DNA of 64,000 nt from Bacteroidales bacterium (GTDB lineage: Bacteria; Bacteroidota; Bacteroidia; Bacteroidales; WCHB1-69): assembly GCA_031553535.1 (NCBI GenBank), contig JAVBLM010000019.1, positions 249,528-313,527 of the forward strand. Reading direction: 5' to 3'. Shown in pieces: positions 9,905 through 18,666 of the stretch (within the stretch, counting starts at the first letter, position 1; each line of letters starts with the position of its first letter). The position numbers and the translations under genes are program-made. The notes under the pieces were generated by a model. The model saw nothing but the letters and a program-made list of their open reading frames with translations, did not search any database and had not been told where the DNA came from.

Positions 9905-10384
9905 CTATTGTTCAAAAAAGCTATTATAATCCCGGGGATAGAAACATTCTTCGATTGATTTCTCCAGGGGAAAAGCAAAATAAGTTATCTCCCCCTCAGC
10001 ACAAACTTCATTATCTGCACTGAGTAACTCTACATCTATATAGCATAAATTTCTATTCATCTCTCTTAACTTTCCCCGCAAGATAATCTTTTCCTGCCGG
10101 GAATCTACCGGCTTGCGATACCGTATGTTCATACGGGAAGTAACACCCGAACAGTGTGCTTTTATATTCATCGTCCATGCAGCAACCTCATCCATCATCG
10201 CTGATAAAATCCCGCCATGTACCACCCCGGGATACCCTTCGTATTGTTTGGCAGGAATCCATTCCGATTCCACATAATCATCTACCTCGTAAAATTTTAA
10301 TTGTAATCCTATTTCGTTGTGAGGAGAACAACCAAAACAATTATAGTCGTTTGCCGCAAATACATTTTTTATTGGACGTCGCAT
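9905..10384 (-). CDS. PaaI-family hotdog-fold thioesterase with N-terminal CxxC
   Basis: GVVHGGILSAMMDEVAAW core with CFGCSPHN near the N-terminus. Confidence 0.8.
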   Translation of the reverse strand: MRRPIKNVFAANDYNCFGCSPHNEIGLQLKFYEVDDYVESEWIPAKQYEGYPGVVHGGILSAMMDEVAAWTMNIKAHCSGVTSRMNIRYRKPVDSRQEKIILRGKLREMNRNLCYIDVELLSADNEVCAEGEITYFAFPLEKSIEECFYPRDYNSFFEQ

Positions 10385-10417
10385 TTTATTCTTTTGTTTA
10401 TTTTGTCAAAAAGAATG

Positions 10418-10425
10418 CAAAGATA
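10418..10425 (-). promoter_or_regulatory. putative -7 promoter box (TAnnTTTG)
   Basis: The minus strand reads TATCTTTG, 34 nt upstream of the ATG at 10384. Confidence 0.45.
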
Positions 10426-10475
10426 GTCAAAATTTAAGAAATTATTTTTATCATTAAGGATAGATTTATAAAGCA

Positions 10476-10529
10476 GATAAAACCGATAAAATGGATAAAA
10501 CCGATAAAATGGATAAAGCCGATAAAATG
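10476..10529. repeat. six tandem 9-bp units GATAAAnnn
   Basis: GATAAAACC GATAAAATG GATAAAACC GATAAAATG GATAAAGCC GATAAAATG. A four-unit version lies inside MITE copy B (13249-13284). Confidence 0.9.
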
Positions 10530-10580
10530 CAGAAGAACTCTTGACTACTTCACTTGACTACTTCAACTATTACAAATTAA

Positions 10581-10912
10581 TTTCGGGTCTTCCAAAAGCA
10601 TCCGAACCAAATGGTTTGTTACTTTCTGGTCTTCCAGAAACGTCCAAACCAAATGGTTTGTTGCTTTCTGATCTTCCAGAAACGTCCAAGACAAATGGTT
10701 TGTTACTTTCTGGTCTTCCAGAAACGTTCAAGACAAATGGTTTGTTACTTTCGGGTTTTCCGAAACGTCCAAACCAAATGGTTTATTGCTTTCGGGTTTT
10801 CCGAAATGTCCAAACCAAATGGTTTGTTGCTTTCAGATTCCCCCAAAACATCTATATCAAATGGTAAAATGTTTTCTTTTTCCTGCGAAATCCATAAAGG
10901 TTTCAGGATAAA
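10581..10912. repeat. tandem array 1: seven units of 42/41 bp plus a degenerate eighth
   Basis: Unit starts are 10581, 10623, 10665, 10707, 10749, 10790 and 10831. The consensus is TTTCTGGTCTTCCAGAAACGTCCAAACCAAATGGTTTGTTAC, with two dyads (TTTCTGG/CCAGAAA and CAAACC/GGTTTG). Confidence 0.95.
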
Positions 10913-11040
10913 ATAAAACAGAAGGATAAATAAGAAGGGAAAAAACAGTATTCTTGCAATCTGTATATCAAACAGCCCCTGAAAAACAGATTATCTTACT
11001 TTATTCGATACTCTTATTATATCCGGGAACTTGATTTCAG

Positions 11041-11772
11041 TCAATTGATGGCCTTAATTACCGCCTGTTCTGTCTTTTGAAAAAGTTCAGGGAAAGGCAT
11101 GTCTTTTACGGGGATCGGATCGTGAACTATCAATTCAAGTTTATTTCCTATACCTAAAGGGAAAGAACCCCATTTTGTCATTTTCCATGAATTGTTGATT
11201 GTAACAGGAAGTATGTATGCAGATGGCGCATATTTACAGAGAATTTTCAGCCCGTTTTCTGCAAATGGCCTTGGCTTACCTGTTTTACTTCTCGTTCCTT
11301 CGGGAAATATTACCGTAGAGCGTTTATTCGCCTCAATATACTGCGCCATTTCCTTTATTGCCGACAAAGACTGTTTCGGATTATTTCTGTCAATGAGAAC
11401 TGAGCCTCCATGATTCAGGTTGTAGGAGATACTGGGTATCCCTTTACCCAATTCAATTTTACTGATAAATTTAGGATGTACTTTCCGCATAAACCAGCTG
11501 ATAGTAGTAATATCGTACAGGCTTTGGTGATTGGAAGCAATAATTAGCGGCACTCCTGATGGAATCTTGTGGAAATTCCTGATTTTATACCTTGTCCCTA
11601 AAACATAGGTATTAGCAACCAAAAAGAAACTCAATGCGTCTACACTCTTTTTATGGGCATGATATCCGGACAAATTAAAACACACCCATTGAATAATATG
11701 AAAGATAACCAAAGTACTTCCAAACAACAGATAATAAATAACAGAAAGAGGGTATGCCATTAACTTTTGCAT
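11041..11772 (-). CDS. plsC: 1-acyl-sn-glycerol-3-phosphate acyltransferase (lysophospholipid acyltransferase family)
   Basis: NHQSLYD (HX4D) and FPEGTRS motifs, with an N-terminal TM segment. Confidence 0.8.
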   Translation of the reverse strand: MQKLMAYPLSVIYYLLFGSTLVIFHIIQWVCFNLSGYHAHKKSVDALSFFLVANTYVLGTRYKIRNFHKIPSGVPLIIASNHQSLYDITTISWFMRKVHPKFISKIELGKGIPSISYNLNHGGSVLIDRNNPKQSLSAIKEMAQYIEANKRSTVIFPEGTRSKTGKPRPFAENGLKILCKYAPSAYILPVTINNSWKMTKWGSFPLGIGNKLELIVHDPIPVKDMPFPELFQKTEQAVIKAIN

Positions 11773-12849
11773 TTATATTCCTCTTTCGCATTTTGCATTC
11801 AAAAATTCAGCCTTTAGATTGGAGATAACTTCTTTTACGTTTGATATTTTCTCAGATAAATGAACATTAACCCCTGTAAATGCATAGCCTTTTTTCATAT
11901 TACCCCTTGCTGCCTGATAAAGGCATTGAATAATACAATAAGGGCTTTTTGTGTAATCACAGGTTTTTATGCAATGAAAAGAACATCTTTTGGGTTTCTC
12001 CAACCCTTTTTCTACATTATGGATAAATTCGCCGTCGATAGCTCTACCCGGCATTCCGACAGGACTTTGTATAATCTTTATATCTGTTTGTTTTGCATTG
12101 ACAAAAACATTTTTAAATACGTCGGATGCATCGCATTCTGTGGTAGTGACAAATATTGTTCCCATTTGCACACCCGAAGCCCCCATTTGAATAAACCGAA
12201 GGATGTCTTTTCCTGTTGAGATTCCTCCTGCGGCAATCACCGGAATATTTTTCTCGTCTTTGTATGAATTGGTTATGGCTATCACTTCAGGTATAAGTTG
12301 TTCAAGCGCATATTGCTCATCTTCGAGCTGGCTTACCTTAAATCCCAAATGACCACCTGCTTTAGGGCCTTCTACTACAATGGCATCGGGCAAGTAATCA
12401 AAATTATTTTTCCATTTATCGCATATAATTTTAGCTGCCCGCGAAGATGATACGATTGGAACCAGTTTGGTTTTACTTCCATGGGTCAGATAAGAAGGTA
12501 AATCGAAAGGAAGCCCTGCTCCGGCAAAAATAATATCCGCTTTTTCCGCAATCGATGTTTTTACCATATCGACATAATTGCTCAACGCTACCATAATATT
12601 CACGCCGATTATGCCTTTGCTTTTTTCTTTTGCTTTTGCGATTTCTTCTTTTAATCCCAAAATACACTTGTTCAAATAATCCCCTGGAGATTTATGATAA
12701 ATTAAACCCAAACCTGCACATGAAATAACTCCAATGCCTCCTTCACTGGCGACAGCAGACGCTAACCCGGACAAGGAAATCCCTACGCCCATTCCACCTT
12801 GAATTACAGGAAGCTTTACTTCCATATTTCCTATAAAAAATGATTTCAT
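11773..12849 (-). CDS. nitronate monooxygenase family flavin oxidoreductase (FabK-like enoyl-ACP reductase II candidate)
   Basis: LPVIQGGMGVGIS and AAGGI motifs, and a Cys-rich C-terminal part. It abuts plsC. The track start at 12873 is GTG; the ATG at 12849 (MKSFFIG) is preferred. Confidence 0.75.
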   Translation of the reverse strand: MKSFFIGNMEVKLPVIQGGMGVGISLSGLASAVASEGGIGVISCAGLGLIYHKSPGDYLNKCILGLKEEIAKAKEKSKGIIGVNIMVALSNYVDMVKTSIAEKADIIFAGAGLPFDLPSYLTHGSKTKLVPIVSSSRAAKIICDKWKNNFDYLPDAIVVEGPKAGGHLGFKVSQLEDEQYALEQLIPEVIAITNSYKDEKNIPVIAAGGISTGKDILRFIQMGASGVQMGTIFVTTTECDASDVFKNVFVNAKQTDIKIIQSPVGMPGRAIDGEFIHNVEKGLEKPKRCSFHCIKTCDYTKSPYCIIQCLYQAARGNMKKGYAFTGVNVHLSEKISNVKEVISNLKAEFLNAKCERGI

Positions 12850-13026
12850 CTTAATTTCGCAAAAATGTGCCACGATATTGTGCTACGCACCCTCGCAACT
12901 TGTTAATACTAAAAAACAAGAAAGTTGATTTTGATATTGATTTTGACTATAAGAAGTTCCGCCAAACCTATAGCGGAGCAAAACATTGAAAAGAAAGATT
13001 TAATATAAACTCTATTATTGAAGCTG

Positions 13027-13034
13027 CAAAAGTA
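13027..13034 (-). promoter_or_regulatory. putative -7 promoter box (TAnnTTTG)
   Basis: The minus strand reads TACTTTTG, about 180 nt upstream of the ATG at 12849. Confidence 0.35.
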
Positions 13035-13071
13035 TGAAAAAAATTAATCCATCCTCCAAAAAAATTATTTA

Positions 13072-13174
13072 GAACATTTTAAATTGTCGGAAAATGGGTT
13101 GAATCTTATTTTGAGGGAAACAACCAAAAACAATTATAGTCATTTACCGCAAGTATATTTTTTATTGGATATCT
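13072..13174 (-). pseudogene. decayed duplicate of the 5' end of the PaaI thioesterase gene
   Basis: 13113-13174 aligns with 10321-10381 at roughly 58/65 identity, but with a stop in frame. A weaker gapped match extends to about 13072. Confidence 0.55.
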
Positions 13175-13186
13175 TATACTTATGAT

Positions 13187-13395
13187 CAGAAGTTACGCAA
13201 ATGGAGAAGTTATAGTAACACAATATGCAGAAGGCAACAAACAGAAAGGATAAAACCGATAAAGTAGATAAAGCCGATAAAAGGGTTGATTTCTTGGTAA
13301 AATGCAACATATAGAAAATAACAAGGAATAACCAAATCAACAAGAGAATAAGCTGCTTGGCGAATTATAACTTCCTGTAACTTGCGTAACTTCTG
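13187..13395. mobile_element. MITE-like element copy B (209 bp)
   Basis: Perfect 14-bp terminal inverted repeat CAGAAGTTACGCAA / TTGCGTAACTTCTG. A perfect 7-bp direct repeat TTATGAT abuts both ends (13180-13186 and 13396-13402). An internal GATAAA x4 module is present. Confidence 0.7.
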
Positions 13396-13842
13396 TTATG
13401 ATAACAATCTCTTGACTATCTCCGATATTACCTTATTATCTGCTTTCCCTGCCAATTCCTTGCTTGCCAGCCCCATGAGTTTGCCCATCCCTTTTATGTC
13501 GGTAATATTTTCCTGCTCGATAAGTTTTTTTATAACAGCGGTAATATCTTCTTCCGACATTTGTTCAGGCAGATATTTCGAGATAATATTTACCTGTGAC
13601 ATTTCTTCCTTATATAAATCTTCCCTGTTCTGGGCTTTGTACATCTCTGCCGACTCCTTACGCTGCTTAACCAGTTTTTGTAAGGTTTTCAATTCCACTT
13701 CCTCTGTAATATCACCGGCATTTTTTTCTGTCTTAAGTAGCAGCAATGCAGACTTAACCGCACGCAACGCATTTAACGATTCTTTATCCTTTGCCAGCAT
13801 GGCAGACTTAATATCATCATTTATTTTCTGTTCTAAGCTCAT
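13396..13842 (-). CDS. GatB/YqeY domain-containing protein
   Basis: 148 aa. MSLEQKINDDIKSAMLAKDK..LNALRAVKSAL is typical of the YqeY family. Confidence 0.85.
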   Translation of the reverse strand: MSLEQKINDDIKSAMLAKDKESLNALRAVKSALLLLKTEKNAGDITEEVELKTLQKLVKQRKESAEMYKAQNREDLYKEEMSQVNIISKYLPEQMSEEDITAVIKKLIEQENITDIKGMGKLMGLASKELAGKADNKVISEIVKRLLS

Positions 13843-13854
13843 ATATATTTATTT

Positions 13855-15228
13855 TTATTCTTCCAAGAGTAGTTCATCATTGCTGCCTGCTTTATCAATC
13901 AGGCGTTGATCAATGTTTTTGTTTGCGTTGGCTCCCAGGACTTTAATCCGCTCCATTCGTCCGATTATCGTATCTCCCCTGCGGGATGATTCCGTCAGTT
14001 TCCCCATGGCAGACGTATATGAATCCTGAGTACCCTGTATGTTTCTCCCGACCTTGATCAAATCTTCGGTAAAGCCGACAAATTTGTCATAGAGCATTCC
14101 ACTCTCCTTGGCAATCTCCAGCACATTGTTCCGCTGGTTTTCCTGTTTCCAGATAAACGACACCGTACGCATGGAAGCCAAAAGCGTAGAAGACGAGACA
14201 AGAACAATATTTCTATTCAATGCTTTCTCAAATAAAGAAGGCTCGTTCTGCAAGGCAATCGTCAACGCAGGCTCCAAAGCGACAAACAGAAAAACATAAT
14301 CGGGAGAATTGATAGAATATAAATTCTGGTAGCTTTTAGATCCCAGATCATCTATATGGCGTTTCAAGCTGCCGATATGTTCTTTCAAATGTGTATTTTT
14401 CAGTTGCTCATCATCCGTATTGAAATAATTCTCATACGCCGTTAAAGAAACTTTGCTGTCAATAACGAAATTCTTTCCTTCGGGAAGATTAATCACATAG
14501 TCGGGACGAACATTCGTACCATCTTCCGTTTTACAGTTGAGCTGTTTATGAAAATGTACATTGTTAACCAACCCTGTCTTTTCCAGAAGCATTTCCAATT
14601 GCACTTCCCCCCAATCGCCTTGTATTTTACTGTCTCCTTTCAGAGCGGAAGTCAAACGCTGGGCATCATCACTCATCTGTTTGTTGATATTGATAATATG
14701 TTCCAACTCCTTACGAAGTGTTGTTTTCTCCCGCATTTCACTCATAAAAGTCTCCTCTACTTTCTTCTCGAATGTCTGTATCTTCTCTTTTAGCGGATTG
14801 AGGATGTTTCCCAGCTTCTCCTCATTGACTTCGGAGAATTTCTTTGTTTTCTCTTCCAGAATTCCTTCTGCCGTTAACTTAAAGTCTTTATAAAGTTGTT
14901 CCCGTATTTCTTGTATTTCGCTTTTTTGTAATTCCAATTTCTCCCGCATCGCATCATTTTGAGCACGATACTGAGCAATAGTGGCTACATTATTTTGTAT
15001 CTCGGATTCTTTCCGATCCAGCTTCTCCCGGCAATCCGATATTTCCTTTTGTATGTCATTCACTTTACTCTGAAATGCATCCCTGGAAGCTGTAGTTTGA
15101 ATAAGTGTTTGCGTTTGCTGTTGGTTTTCTGCACGTATGCTCTTCATTTCTTTTTGCATATAAAAGCCTACAAAAACAGCAATACCTACTCCGGTCAATA
15201 ATCCTATCACTAAAAACAAAATATTCAT
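13855..15228 (-). CDS. rmuC: DNA recombination protein RmuC
   Basis: N-terminal TM segment, a long coiled coil, and a C-terminal RmuC nuclease-like region (RPDYVINLPEGKNFVIDSK). Confidence 0.85.
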   Translation of the reverse strand: MNILFLVIGLLTGVGIAVFVGFYMQKEMKSIRAENQQQTQTLIQTTASRDAFQSKVNDIQKEISDCREKLDRKESEIQNNVATIAQYRAQNDAMREKLELQKSEIQEIREQLYKDFKLTAEGILEEKTKKFSEVNEEKLGNILNPLKEKIQTFEKKVEETFMSEMREKTTLRKELEHIININKQMSDDAQRLTSALKGDSKIQGDWGEVQLEMLLEKTGLVNNVHFHKQLNCKTEDGTNVRPDYVINLPEGKNFVIDSKVSLTAYENYFNTDDEQLKNTHLKEHIGSLKRHIDDLGSKSYQNLYSINSPDYVFLFVALEPALTIALQNEPSLFEKALNRNIVLVSSSTLLASMRTVSFIWKQENQRNNVLEIAKESGMLYDKFVGFTEDLIKVGRNIQGTQDSYTSAMGKLTESSRRGDTIIGRMERIKVLGANANKNIDQRLIDKAGSNDELLLEE

Positions 15229-15250
15229 TTTTTCTATCCTTAATAAGATG

Positions 15251-15258
15251 CAAAGTTA
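15251..15258 (-). promoter_or_regulatory. putative -7 promoter box (TAnnTTTG)
   Basis: The minus strand reads TAACTTTG, 23 nt upstream of the ATG at 15228. Confidence 0.45.
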
Positions 15259-15506
15259 TCATTTTTATGGAAACAGAAAAATAACGGGTAAGTATCTATT
15301 AAAAAAGATAACATATATATTTGTATGTGCATTTCCTTCTAGGAAATATATCATGCACTGCTGCAAGAAGGTCTTTTCATACAAAAGAAAGTAAATTAAA
15401 CTTGAAATAACAAGTACTTTCTTTCTTCATTTGGCTTATTACATGTTGTATACCGTCGAAAAAAGATTTTTTTTAACTGTTAACAACTTCAATTAATTAT
15501 TTTTAG

Positions 15507-15514
15507 TATCTTTG
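15507..15514 (+). promoter_or_regulatory. putative -7 promoter box (TAnnTTTG)
   Basis: TATCTTTG, 78 nt upstream of the ATG at 15592. Confidence 0.45.
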
Positions 15515-15591
15515 TACGTTTTAATGAAAAAAGACATTTAACTATTGCTTATGTTTATGAAAGATTTATTATTAATTAAAATTGTAAGAAA

Positions 15592-18489
15592 ATGAAAAGG
15601 ATCTTTATTTTATTCTTTGTTTTAATTCTTGCTAATACTACACTGTTTGGAGAACAAGTGGATGTGAGTATTGCAAAAAATGTGGGTAGAACATTTTTAA
15701 TGGCAAAAGCGGGATTACCTATTCACAAAAATATTACAAGTTTGAAACTTGTATATAGTTCCACTTCCGACCGGAAAGATGTTGATCCCGAAACGTACTA
15801 TTATGTCTTTAATTTAGACTCAACAGGCTTTGTAATAGTTTCGGGAACAGACGATGTAATTCCAATTCTGGGGTATTCAACCGAAGGAATTTTCGATCCC
15901 AATAATATCCCTCCCAATATGGCAGAGGTATTGAATCGGTATAAACGTGAAATTTCTTATGCTATAGATCATAAAATAACAGCTACCGAAGAAACAAAAA
16001 AACAATGGGATGAGTTAATCAGCGGGCGGGTACCGATCCGCAAGGCAACAGCAACTTCGGTATCTCCTTTGCTTGGAGGAATAAAATGGGATCAGGCCCC
16101 TATTTATAATGATTCTTGTCCGTACGATCCATCTGCACCTTATTATTATAATTATAAATGTCCCGCCGGGTGTGTTGCTACAGCAATGGCTCAAATTATT
16201 AAATACTGGGAATATCCGGTACAAGGAATCGGGAGTAAATGTTATAATGCAAATTATTCGAGTTATGATAGTGATTTTGGGGATTATGGTATTTTGTGTG
16301 CCGATTTTGAAAATACTACCTATAACTATGCTTCCATGCCGAACGAACTGGATTCCTATTATAGCACTCCTACCGAAAAACGAGCGGTAGCTCAATTAAT
16401 GTATCATTGCGGGGTTGCTGTGAATATGATGTATGGTGTCCCAAAAGGAAGTGGGGCCTACACTGTCCTGCCGGATTATTATAGTTATTGGATGAATCGA
16501 CAGGACGAAGCAGGTAATTATTATATGGACGCGGCAGCGGCATTGAGAAACCATTTCGGATATGAAAAGGCAGAAGGAATTTTTAAGAAAGATTATACGG
16601 AATCACAATGGATAAATATACTGAAAGAGCAATTGAGCAATTGGCAGCCTGTTTTGTATGCAGGTTCAGGTCCAGGTGGAGGGCATGCATTTGTATGCGA
16701 TGGGTATGACAATCATAACTTTTTCCATTTTAACTGGGGATGGGGTGGTAATTATAATTGCTATTGTCTTGTTTCCAGTTTGATTCCCGGAGGAACAGGT
16801 ATTGGAGGAGGCAGTGGAGATTTTAGTCAAGACCAAAAAGCAGTTATAAATATAAAAGCAGTCAAAGATGAAAAATCATTAGGCTGGATTAATTCAATAG
16901 ATTACAAAGATATAGAGAGTATAAATTTAACATCCAATTACTTTTCATTATTTCCGGATACATGTATGAAAGCTTATACTAATTTGGATAGTTGGAGTGT
17001 TACAGGGGTACATGGTATGGGGATGACTTTTGACCCATATTCTCCTTCATTTGGTTCTTATTACAGCACCTCTCTTTTGAATCAATCATCATCATATCGT
17101 CTGGACACCTTACAAGTAAAGGGTTTTTATTTGCTTGGCAAAGATGGTTACAACACAGTCAATCCGGATACTTTACGGATTTATCTTTCCTATTATGAGC
17201 CTTATTCAAATGAATCGTCTAAAAATCATAGAATAAAATCATTATCTTCTCCTTCATATCCATATTATTATGATGCATTACATCCGAATATTGTAAAAAC
17301 AGGAGCTAACCCTCAAAAAGGGGATGGAATACAGCCTGTTGCAGATAATACAATTATTATAAATTATATCTTGACAGAAAAGGATACGGCTATACCTGTG
17401 CCTAATAGTCCTGGCAGTTCTTATGCTATTGATATCAATATACCCTTAACTTATAATAATACAACTATGAATGGATTTGAAATCCCTGCCGGTGCAGTGA
17501 TTGGTTCTATGGTAAAGTTTATTCCGGGGTATAACTATAAGCTTGGTGATACACTCTACCATGGTTTGGTTTCAAACGACGATTGGGAAGAGGGTTATCC
17601 AATTTCGATGAAAAGTCGATTTGGACTCGCTTATTTGTTAAGTGATAATGCAGACTTTGCTGATCATAATGGATATAATGGGGTAAATTTCGAAACGAAA
17701 GAACTCCGTTATCAAATGTTTAATTCCTACCAGGATTCTTGTTACATTTCAAATGGCCGTTATCTTCCACGTATGGCATACCATATCTCGTATGATATTA
17801 CACCTGTACGTGCTAAATTAGAAATAGATACGATTGTCTGTGGAACATCATTTATCTTTAATGGTAGTACTTATACGGAAAGCGGCACCTATATGCGTCG
17901 TTTTTCTACTTCCCTGGGAGACAGTATTGTTGTTGTTAATTTAACGTTGGATGAACAACATATAGGAACAATAGGTAATATTAACGGAAGTTCTACGATC
18001 ACTCAAACAGGGACATATACCTATTCTATTGACCCTGTTGAGGATGCTGCAAGTTATCAATGGTCGATTTCCAATCCTAACTGGCCTTTGAGCGGTACAG
18101 GCAGACAAGTATCTGTGCAAATAACAGGAGATGGCGTTGGTGTTTTATCTGTAAAAGCGATTCATGCTAATGGAGTTTGTAAGACAGCAACAAAGGATAT
18201 TCAAATTCAATCTACGACAGTCGGTGTATCTGAGTACGAAAATGGAAACAACATCCAAATCTATCCTAATCCTGTAAAAGATGCTGTTATTATATCAATA
18301 GAAAATCCGGACTTAAAGAATGCAGAAGTACTACTTTTTGATGTCTGTGGAAAACTGCTGAAAACAAAAAGAATAACCGGCAATCATACCTCTGTTGATA
18401 TGAATTCTTTCTCTGAAGGAATCTATGTTTTACAAATAAAAGAAAACGAGAAACTGATAAGATCTTCAAAAGTGGTGAAAATAAAGTAA
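15592..18489 (+). CDS. secreted C10 family cysteine peptidase (streptopain-like) with T9SS C-terminal sorting domain
   Basis: Signal peptide. Catalytic Cys context CPAGCVATAMAQI, His context GGHAFVCDGYD, and NWGWGG. The C-terminus IYPNPVKD...GIYVLQIKE...VKIK is typical of a T9SS CTD. Confidence 0.85.
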   Translation: MKRIFILFFVLILANTTLFGEQVDVSIAKNVGRTFLMAKAGLPIHKNITSLKLVYSSTSDRKDVDPETYYYVFNLDSTGFVIVSGTDDVIPILGYSTEGIFDPNNIPPNMAEVLNRYKREISYAIDHKITATEETKKQWDELISGRVPIRKATATSVSPLLGGIKWDQAPIYNDSCPYDPSAPYYYNYKCPAGCVATAMAQIIKYWEYPVQGIGSKCYNANYSSYDSDFGDYGILCADFENTTYNYASMPNELDSYYSTPTEKRAVAQLMYHCGVAVNMMYGVPKGSGAYTVLPDYYSYWMNRQDEAGNYYMDAAAALRNHFGYEKAEGIFKKDYTESQWINILKEQLSNWQPVLYAGSGPGGGHAFVCDGYDNHNFFHFNWGWGGNYNCYCLVSSLIPGGTGIGGGSGDFSQDQKAVINIKAVKDEKSLGWINSIDYKDIESINLTSNYFSLFPDTCMKAYTNLDSWSVTGVHGMGMTFDPYSPSFGSYYSTSLLNQSSSYRLDTLQVKGFYLLGKDGYNTVNPDTLRIYLSYYEPYSNESSKNHRIKSLSSPSYPYYYDALHPNIVKTGANPQKGDGIQPVADNTIIINYILTEKDTAIPVPNSPGSSYAIDINIPLTYNNTTMNGFEIPAGAVIGSMVKFIPGYNYKLGDTLYHGLVSNDDWEEGYPISMKSRFGLAYLLSDNADFADHNGYNGVNFETKELRYQMFNSYQDSCYISNGRYLPRMAYHISYDITPVRAKLEIDTIVCGTSFIFNGSTYTESGTYMRRFSTSLGDSIVVVNLTLDEQHIGTIGNINGSSTITQTGTYTYSIDPVEDAASYQWSISNPNWPLSGTGRQVSVQITGDGVGVLSVKAIHANGVCKTATKDIQIQSTTVGVSEYENGNNIQIYPNPVKDAVIISIENPDLKNAEVLLFDVCGKLLKTKRITGNHTSVDMNSFSEGIYVLQIKENEKLIRSSKVVKIK

Positions 18490-18510
18490 TACAATAAAGT
18501 AAGAACAATA

Positions 18511-18547
18511 AAAAATGATAATGACGGTTTTGTCATTATCATTTTTT
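18511..18547 (+). terminator. rho-independent terminator after the C10 peptidase gene
   Basis: AAAAATGATAATGAC-ggtttt-GTCATTATCATTTTTT hairpin plus T-run. Confidence 0.7.
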
Positions 18548-18624
18548 GTTATCTTGGAAAACATAAAAATAATTTTGGATAAAAAGTTTTTTACTCATAA
18601 ACAGTTTAATATGTTTTTTTTTTG

Positions 18625-18632
18625 TATTTTTG
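18625..18632 (+). promoter_or_regulatory. putative -7 promoter box (TAnnTTTG) for infC-rpmI-rplT
   Basis: TATTTTTG, preceded by TTTG, 35 nt upstream of the first in-frame ATA of infC. Confidence 0.5.
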
Positions 18633-18666
18633 CACCTCGAAAATTTAAAATAAATAATAACTTAAC

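Noticed and set aside
10581-10912. CRISPR array interpretation of the 42-bp arrays (also 23805-24172 and 46591-46842)
   Set aside because: The units are contiguous and near-identical over their full length. There are no unique spacers, no leader, and no cas genes in the window.
10541-10916. ORFs of 108 and 101 aa over array 1
   Set aside because: They are repeat artefacts. The frame changes within the array, and the peptides are low-complexity copies of the DNA unit.
13382-13909. 175-aa plus-strand ORF antisense to the yqeY-like gene
   Set aside because: It is a Ser/Phe-rich shadow ORF opposite a confidently assigned gene.
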